A DNA stretch of 61,251 nucleotides from a virus. The position numbers and the translations under genes were made by a program. The notes under the pieces were generated by a model. The model was not told the origin of the DNA, made no database searches, and saw only the letters and a program-made list of their open reading frames with translations. Shown piece by piece: positions 58,386-61,251 of the stretch. The stretch lies in the IMG/VR virus record IMGVR_UViG_3300029951_000031; one strand, given 5' to 3'. Numbering within the stretch: position 1 is the stretch's first letter; the number at the start of each line of letters is the position of its first letter.

Positions 58386-58925
58386 TCAATCCAGCCTTCC
58401 ATCGCGGAACAGCTCAAGCGTCATCTCGCAATAGCGGCGTAAGAGGTCTATTTCCTCGTAGCTATCGATGTCGAAGATCGCCCTGATTTGCTCTCCATGA
58501 CTATCGGGAGTGGTTGTTATGCAGAATCCCAGGGCCGGTAAATCTGGCTGCCCCTCAACCCCATTTTCTGAGGCAACAATAGATACTTCGACATCATCCG
58601 CTCGAAACCTTCGCGGCTCAGGGTTTGAATTGTCGAATCTTAGAATCAGAAGCTCACTGGAAGTCAATTTTATAGCCGACATCCTTTTCTCCCGCGCTCT
58701 TAGCGCATCAATTGCCCGAATACGTACCACCACATCCGCGTAAATATACGCTCGCTCGACATTGCCGGCGGCCCGGGCAGTTTTTCGCATGGAATTGAAA
58801 GTCTCGGCAGCTTTATCCGCCCAAGCCATCCCAATCCCCCGCGCAATCTCCGGCGTCAGCGGATCGCCCCAGCTCACACCTTCGGGGAGTGCTGCGGTGG
58901 CAGATTCGAAGTCTTCTTTGGTCAT
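58386..58925 (-). CDS. Hypothetical protein (179 aa)
   Basis: ORF track frame. The first ATG is at 58925, and the tool start at 58967 is a TTG. Confidence 0.55.
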   Translation of the reverse strand: MTKEDFESATAALPEGVSWGDPLTPEIARGIGMAWADKAAETFNSMRKTARAAGNVERAYIYADVVVRIRAIDALRAREKRMSAIKLTSSELLILRFDNSNPEPRRFRADDVEVSIVASENGVEGQPDLPALGFCITTTPDSHGEQIRAIFDIDSYEEIDLLRRYCEMTLELFRDGRLD

Positions 58926-58936
58926 GATGGCAAATC

Positions 58937-59164
58937 CTATTTTGCGTTTGGATTGGCCGGCAGACAATGCGAAATCGACAGGCAGCCGGATTTCTCATTT
59001 ACCCATACGACCGCCGTGTGCCCGCTCAATACTTCGGCAGGCGCTCGGGTGGTGTACCGCTTCGGGTCACCCTCCCCAAGAATTTCCCAGTAGTCAATCG
59101 GATCGCCAACCCCCATAATTGCATTGAACGCGTCTACTTCTATCTGTGGGTTTTTTCGCTTCAT
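58937..59164 (-). CDS. Hypothetical protein (75 aa)
   Basis: ATG at 59164 with a GGAG SD. First gene of the att-proximal operon. Confidence 0.5.
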   Translation of the reverse strand: MKRKNPQIEVDAFNAIMGVGDPIDYWEILGEGDPKRYTTRAPAEVLSGHTAVVWVNEKSGCLSISHCLPANPNAK

Positions 59165-59180
59165 TTTTGACTCCAAAAAC

Positions 59181-59253
59181 TGTTCATAATTCCGATCAGT
59201 ACGTAGTAAATATAAGGATGTTTGGGCTATATTTTTAAGGTGAATTATGAACA
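59181..59253. repeat. 12-bp perfect inverted repeat in the AT-rich att arm
   Basis: TGTTCATAATTC (59181..59192) and GAATTATGAACA (59242..59253), 49 bp apart. Confidence 0.8.
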
Positions 59254-59314
59254 ATCACCATTTAAAATTTCCTTGAGCACCTTATAAATACTGGATTTTC
59301 TCGATACCAGACTG

Positions 59315-59362
59315 CATGCATGGGGTCCAGGTGGTCGGAGGTTCAAATCCTCTCGCCCCGAC
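59315..59362 (+). other. attP core: 3' portion of a tRNA-Pro-like gene
   Basis: GGTCGGAGGTTCAAATCCTCTCGCCCCGACA is a T arm plus acceptor 3' strand typical of tRNA-Pro. No matching 5' half lies upstream. It sits next to the integrase. Confidence 0.7.
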
Positions 59363-59423
59363 ATTAAACCCTTGATTTATATAGTACTCGTAAGGCCGTA
59401 TGGTGATCGGTGTTCATAACCGA

Positions 59424-60434
59424 TCATAATGCGGCCTTTACTTTTGTCACTGTTCGCGCCTTGCGATAGTGCGCGGTCATACCTTCTGTGGCGTGTCCGG
59501 CCAGTGCCTGAGCCTCCTTCGCGTGCTCCATGTCCGTCAGTGCTTTAGCTCGCAAATCGTGGATGTGCGCGTTGTGCAATTTGGCACGATCGCGAGCTCG
59601 GCGCCACGCCGTTTGTAGGCCGCTGTAGGTGAATGGCTTGCCGTCCTGGCGGTGAATCACCGGCCCAAGTTTAGCGCGGCCGCACCGGTCCAAAATCTCG
59701 CTGAGGATCGGACTCATCTCGATCAGCAGCCGAACCCCGGTGCTGTTCACGGTCTTGGCGGGGTGGAAATAAATCCCGGCATCACTCACGTCAGACCAGT
59801 CGAGCGCCAGCAGGTCGCCCACACGTTGCGCGGTCGCCAATGCCAAGTCTATGAATGCGCACACCATCGGGCCGCTGACGTTATCCCGCTCATCCTTGCC
59901 GGTCAGTGCGCCGTGCTTGATCTTGATAATCTCGCTGTCGGTCAGGTATCGATCGCGTTTCGGTGCGGGCTTGAACGTCAAAGACTGTCGCGCAGGGTTA
60001 TCATTCGGCCAGCCGGTGCTTGCGCCGTAGGTGAATAGCATGGCCATCAGAGAGCGGTACGAATTTGCGCTGCGTGGCTTATCTTTCCACTGGCTACAAA
60101 ACGCGTACACGTCGGCCGGCGTGACCTGGGCCACATTGAATTCGCTAAAGGCCGTGGCGATGCCGTCCAACATGCGCCCGTAATCGTCACGGGTCTTCTC
60201 GGCGTAGGCGGGCAATTTGTCCTTGCGCCATTCCTCGATCAAACACTGCATCGCGTCTTTGCCGGTCGGCGCCACGCGCAACGTGTATTGCTGCATGGCA
60301 GTGGCAAATTCGCGGCCCAGGTGAATAAATCGCGTGTCCGGCTTGGCCAGATAATAGGCGCCGTGCCGAAAATGCATCTTCGGCGGCAACAGATTGCCGA
60401 GCGGGTCGCGCAGCTTTTTGCGTGGACGGCTCAT
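59424..60434 (-). CDS. int: Tyrosine integrase
   Basis: 336 aa from the ATG at 60434; C-terminal HDLRAKA...LAGHATEGMTAHY (R-H-R-Y catalytic pattern). Confidence 0.9.
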   Translation of the reverse strand: MSRPRKKLRDPLGNLLPPKMHFRHGAYYLAKPDTRFIHLGREFATAMQQYTLRVAPTGKDAMQCLIEEWRKDKLPAYAEKTRDDYGRMLDGIATAFSEFNVAQVTPADVYAFCSQWKDKPRSANSYRSLMAMLFTYGASTGWPNDNPARQSLTFKPAPKRDRYLTDSEIIKIKHGALTGKDERDNVSGPMVCAFIDLALATAQRVGDLLALDWSDVSDAGIYFHPAKTVNSTGVRLLIEMSPILSEILDRCGRAKLGPVIHRQDGKPFTYSGLQTAWRRARDRAKLHNAHIHDLRAKALTDMEHAKEAQALAGHATEGMTAHYRKARTVTKVKAAL

Positions 60435-60616
60435 TTTGCCAACCTCAGTTGCGGGCGTGGCGCGATCACGGGCGCCTCGATATCCTTGACGAACACCACG
60501 CACTGATTCGCGGCGTTGATCGTCGCCTTGATGCCATGCTGCGCGAACCAACGGGCCTGGCGCTTGGCTTGGTGCAAGCCCGTGATATTCACCACCTCTT
60601 CCGGTTTCAGTATCAT
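60431..60616 (-). CDS. Excisionase-like DUF4224 protein
   Basis: 61 aa from the ATG at 60616. MILKPEEVVNITGLHQAKRQARWF pattern. ATGA overlap with int. Confidence 0.6.
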   Translation of the reverse strand: MILKPEEVVNITGLHQAKRQARWFAQHGIKATINAANQCVVFVKDIEAPVIAPRPQLRLAK

Positions 60617-60668
60617 TCTAAACCCCAAAATCTGCGAGTCGTCGCAAGTAAGTCGTTCATCGCTTCAC

Positions 60669-60782
60669 TCATTCCCCCATCTCCCCACACCAATCACAAT
60701 CCCCACCCAGCCCAATACCATGCTGGCAAGTGCGGTGCTCGTCGTGGTATTCGGGCTCGGCCCAGTCGTCGGGGTCGGTCAT
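60669..60782 (-). CDS. Possible Cys/His mini-protein (37 aa)
   Basis: Hand-translated MTDPDDWAEPEYHDEHRTCQHGIGLGGDCDWCGEMGE; ATGA overlaps at both ends. Confidence 0.35.
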   Translation of the reverse strand: MTDPDDWAEPEYHDEHRTCQHGIGLGGDCDWCGEMGE

Positions 60783-61251
60783 CTCTGCTCCGCTGGGTAG
60801 ATAAAATTCGGATCAGTCGCCCACATCTTGTGCTGCTGCTCGGCGTCACCGGCATCGATCTTTGCCTTCAACCGCTGGGCCGCGTCGCAGAGCCGGTTAT
60901 AGGCTTCGACGGTCCCCATCTGCGTTTCCAAATCGCGCACTGTACCGAGCAGACCGTATTCGCAGGGGCGCATGATGCGGCGGGGCGCAGGGTCGATCGC
61001 CCTTTTTGCTGCCCTTAAATCTTTCCGCAATTTCCGCAGTTGACCGATAAGGACTGTCGGCGATATCGAGCTGAGTAACTTGGTTTCCTCGGCGTAAGAA
61101 AATTCGTCGATCGACGCGAAATAGCGGAGTCTGTCGTGGTCTGCCGCTGAAATCACCACCATTTCCTTGCGCTCGGCGCGCGGAGTGTTGTCTTGCGTGT
61201 AGCAAACATTCTCACCCGGCCCCTCCAAGATTTCGGGCACCCACCCGGTGC
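60779..61251 (-). CDS. Hypothetical protein, C-terminal part of the junction-spanning ORF
   Basis: ORF track 60779..61240. The frame stays open to the window end and continues at 128..329. Confidence 0.7.
   Translation of the reverse strand, partial: TGWVPEILEGPGENVCYTQDNTPRAERKEMVVISAADHDRLRYFASIDEFSYAEETKLLSSISPTVLIGQLRKLRKDLRAAKRAIDPAPRRIMRPCEYGLLGTVRDLETQMGTVEAYNRLCDAAQRLKAKIDAGDAEQQHKMWATDPNFIYPAEQR
61125..61251. repeat. Terminal direct repeat copy 2
   Basis: Identical to nt 1..127. Confidence 0.95.

Overview
The window is a complete, circularly closed genome of a GC-rich temperate tailed phage or excised prophage. The first 127 nt are identical to the last 127 nt, so the unit length is about 61,124 bp, and one ORF reads across the junction. 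By codon and GC style and a tRNA-Pro-like attP, the host is probably a Burkholderiales-type beta-proteobacterium (inference). Layout: (i) A minus-strand early-left and lysogeny arm runs from 9.05 kb down across the junction to int at 59.4 kb. It carries a Sak4-like ATPase, a DUF669/SSB-like protein, a PolB-exo-like exonuclease, KTSC and DUF2303 proteins, many small ORFs, an excisionase-like gene and a tyrosine integrase next to attP. (ii) A lambda-like immunity region has a cI (HTH + S24 peptidase) followed by a phd-doc-like toxin-antitoxin pair. A divergent Cro-like gene and two triplets of TACCC-N3-GGGTA operators (OL-like and OR-like) complete it. (iii) The early-right operon holds a beta-class N6/N4 DNA methyltransferase with an embedded LAGLIDADG-like domain. 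It also holds a lambda-O-like initiator with five iterons inside the gene, DnaB, NinG, many small nin-type ORFs and a possible late regulator. (iv) A moron zone (22.4-25.6 kb) carries an HNH-AP2 nuclease, an ORF-free structured segment, a tRNA-Trp(CCA) and two paralogous mini-operons with separate operators. (v) The late operon has TerS, TerL, portal, scaffold and capsid genes, an HslV-like Ntn peptidase, and a contractile tail (sheath, tube, a chaperone with a -1 frameshift, tape measure, and gpU/D/V/W/J/I-like baseplate). Its fibres have an AT-richer distal cassette and an O-antigen-type acyltransferase. (vi) The lysis genes are split by nuclease-like insertions and are followed by a lipoprotein/lipase module. 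(vii) An unrecognisable five-gene operon lies next to attP. Seven free-standing nuclease-like genes (HNH, GIY-YIG, HNH_3/AP2-like) are scattered through the genome. I saw no rRNA, CRISPR array, transposase or reverse transcriptase. All domain calls rest on motif recognition by eye, and no database search was run.
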